A stretch of 64,000 nt of DNA, taken from the NCBI GenBank assembly GCA_963706595.1, contig OY970166.1, positions 3,680,001 through 3,744,000 on the forward strand, read 5' to 3'. The translations under genes were made by a program, and so were the position numbers. The stretch's first letter is position 1. The number at the start of each line of letters is the position of its first letter. This DNA comes from an uncultured cyanobacterium. Lineage in GTDB: Bacteria > Cyanobacteriota > Cyanobacteriia > Cyanobacteriales > Nostocaceae. The notes under the pieces were generated by a model. That model saw only the letters and a list, made by a program, of their open reading frames with translations, was not told the origin of the DNA and did no database searches. Below are positions 61,840 to 64,000 of this stretch, one piece after another.

Positions 61840-62286
61840 ATGTTCCAAACCATCACGAATACTCTAGCCATTGGTTCTGTTGCTGAAACTGAAGCGTTGC
61901 AAGAAGTTGCTCAAAACGGCTACAAGACTGTGATTGATTTGTGTCCTGCGGCGGAAGGAAATCAGCTTAATGCGTCAACTGTGAAAGAACTGGCTTTGGA
62001 ATATGTCAGTGTTCCGGTTTCAGCCAAAAACTTGACCGTCGAAACACTAGAAGCCTTTAAACAAGCGGTGAAAGCATCCCCCCAACCGATTTATACTCGC
62101 TGTGCTTCTGGATTAAGGGCGGGAGTATTTACCTTATTGATATTAGCAGAAGAACAAGGTTGGACAGAGGCGCAATATCTTGAGAAATTTCAGGCTTTAG
62201 GAATTGCTCAGAAGCCAAACTGTCCTTTAGGAAGTTTTGCTCATACTTACTTTCAGGCAAAGGAAACAGAGAATGTGGCAGTTTAG
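61840..62286 (+). CDS. DUF442 / phosphatase-fold protein (CX5R), possible sulfurtransferase
   Basis: GYKTVIDL, LEYVSVPV, CASGLRA. Confidence 0.75.
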   Translation: MFQTITNTLAIGSVAETEALQEVAQNGYKTVIDLCPAAEGNQLNASTVKELALEYVSVPVSAKNLTVETLEAFKQAVKASPQPIYTRCASGLRAGVFTLLILAEEQGWTEAQYLEKFQALGIAQKPNCPLGSFAHTYFQAKETENVAV

Positions 62287-62323
62287 TGAACCGAATTAGA
62301 TCACACCAAAAAGGAAATATATC

Positions 62324-62566
62324 ATGAATGCGATCAAGATTGAAATTCTGGGTACAGGCTGCAAAAAGTGCCAACAGCTAGAAGCAAATGCTCAAGAAGC
62401 TGTGGCAAATCTTAACTTAACGGCGGAAGTTCTGCACATTACCGATCCTGTGGAAATTGCGATGCGTGGGGTAATGTCTACGCCTGCAATGGCGGTAAAT
62501 GGCAAAGTTGTCACCAAGGGGAAAGTGATCAGCGCCGAGCAAATCCAACCCCTATTACAGGGTTAA
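62324..62566 (+). CDS. Small redox-active disulfide protein (MTH895-like)
   Basis: ILGTGCKKC, GVMSTPA. Confidence 0.88.
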   Translation: MNAIKIEILGTGCKKCQQLEANAQEAVANLNLTAEVLHITDPVEIAMRGVMSTPAMAVNGKVVTKGKVISAEQIQPLLQG

Positions 62567-62578
62567 ATCAGCAAATTA

Positions 62579-63571
62579 ATGGTTGATCTATTTTATCCTT
62601 TTGATTGGCTGGCGACCCAAATTGTAACTGGACTCTTAGGATTATCTATAGAATCTCAACTAGGGTCTAGTTTACATTTCTTTTTCTATGATGTGCCAAA
62701 AGTTTTAACGTTGCTGCTGGTAATTAGCTTTGTAATTGGTGTTTTACAAAGTTTCCTATCACCAGATCAAGTCCGGCACTTTCTTGCAGGAAAACGCACT
62801 TTTTCAGGGAATATTTTAGCAGGAATGTTGGGGGCAATTACTCCCTTTTGTTCCTGTTCCGCCGTACCATTATTTATTGGCTTTTTAAAAGCAGGTGTTC
62901 CCCTGGGGGTAACATTCTCCTACCTGATTTCTGCACCGATGGTAGATGCGATCGCAGTATTTTTACTGTGGAGTTTATTTGGGCTGCAAGCAACTATCCT
63001 GTATGTTGTCTTTGGAGTCAGTTTGGCGATCGCCTCTGGATATATCATCGGATTACTAAAACTAGAAAAATGGGTTGAGCCATTCATCCTCAAGTCACGG
63101 GATGACTATCTTCCTGATGACAATGAGTCAGACTTAAGTTCATCTGCGTTAACCTGGAAGCAGCGATTGCAAGAAGCTCAATTTCAAGCTCTGGAAATTC
63201 TCAAATCGGTTTGGATTTATGTGGTAATTGGGATTGCTATTGGTGCTGGTATTCATGGCTATGCACCAACTGATTTGATTAGTCAGTGGGCGGGAAGAAG
63301 CAATCCATTTGCTGTCATCGTTGCAGTTTTGATGGGAGTACCCCTATATACCAATGTTGCTGGAGTTTTACCCATTGCGGAAGCTTTGGTAAATAAAGGT
63401 ATGCCTTTAGGAACTGTTTTATCATTCACAATGGCGGTGACAGCACTATCTCTACCACAAATGATTATTCTCAAAAGGGTGCTACGCCCTCAACTTTTAG
63501 CTGTGTTCATCGGTTTGACAACTCTAGGGATTATCAGCGTTGGCTACATATTCAACTCCATGATTATTTAA
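62579..63571 (+). CDS. DUF318/ArsP-family permease
   Basis: TPFCSCSAVPLFIG, GAGIHGY, TALSLP. Confidence 0.9.
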   Translation: MVDLFYPFDWLATQIVTGLLGLSIESQLGSSLHFFFYDVPKVLTLLLVISFVIGVLQSFLSPDQVRHFLAGKRTFSGNILAGMLGAITPFCSCSAVPLFIGFLKAGVPLGVTFSYLISAPMVDAIAVFLLWSLFGLQATILYVVFGVSLAIASGYIIGLLKLEKWVEPFILKSRDDYLPDDNESDLSSSALTWKQRLQEAQFQALEILKSVWIYVVIGIAIGAGIHGYAPTDLISQWAGRSNPFAVIVAVLMGVPLYTNVAGVLPIAEALVNKGMPLGTVLSFTMAVTALSLPQMIILKRVLRPQLLAVFIGLTTLGIISVGYIFNSMII

Positions 63572-63601
63572 CTTACTTCCTGAAAATTGTGAAATCATAT
63601 C

Positions 63602-64000
63602 ATGTTTAAAAAACCAATTCAGACCATATTACTGGCATTTGCGATCTGCTTTTGCCTCTTGTTTGGTATTGGGCAAAATCCGACTATAGCAGCAACTCTC
63701 ACAGAGGCTGAATTGATATCTCCAGAAAGAATGCAAACTCTGCCTGAAACTAATTTAGAATCAGGAGTTGATAGCTTTCTGAAATCGATTCCAGCAGGCT
63801 ATTACACAATTGCCAATGTCGAAGAGTTGAAAAGCTTTTTAAAGAACCATCAAACCGTGTTGGTGGATGTGCGAGAAGCCTCTGAGTATCGGTCTGGACA
63901 TATACCTAACGCCATTAACATTCCCTTGCGAACCCTATCACACAATCTCAATCAGATTCCGCGCGATCGCCCTGTGGTGTTGTACTGTTCCTCTGGTTAT
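63602..64000 (+). CDS. Rhodanese-domain protein with signal peptide, runs off the window
   Basis: Manual translation: hydrophobic N-terminus, LVDVREASEYRSGHIPNAINIP, VVLYCSSGY. Confidence 0.88.
   Translation, partial: MFKKPIQTILLAFAICFCLLFGIGQNPTIAATLTEAELISPERMQTLPETNLESGVDSFLKSIPAGYYTIANVEELKSFLKNHQTVLVDVREASEYRSGHIPNAINIPLRTLSHNLNQIPRDRPVVLYCSSGY

Overview
Chromosomal segment of a filamentous cyanobacterium, very likely Nostocales. This is inferred from abundant HIP1 octamers (GCGATCGC), heptamer tandem repeats (STRR), GTAG-type REP hairpins, several MITE families and devT/plmA/rexT-like genes. Most of the window is housekeeping: argS, the 2-oxoglutarate decarboxylase/SSADH pair, aroB, purT, crtH, upp, aroE, murG, nadA, clpX-clpP-tig and asd-dapA-rnj. 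The notable accessory parts are: (i) an AT-rich islet with no HIP1 site that I could find, behind tRNA-Ser(TGA), carrying one 863-aa protein with two DUF262 domains and a C-terminal HNH nuclease (candidate defence system); (ii) a Rieske-DsbA-DUF3122-merR cluster whose leader holds two hairpins sharing a 13-nt motif, followed by a MerR-type promoter driving DUF442, small redoxin, DUF318 permease and secreted rhodanese genes; (iii) two ORF-less IS200/IS605 remnants that keep omegaRNA-like right ends, one abutting a dispersed repeat that would be its guide; (iv) an IsaR1-like sRNA and a second, unidentified sRNA candidate; (v) a 24-nt element inserted in frame at a HIP1 site of a GST gene, a RexT lacking Cys105, and a frameshifted hydrolase. 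All family assignments are by eye from motifs and recalled literature; no searches were run.
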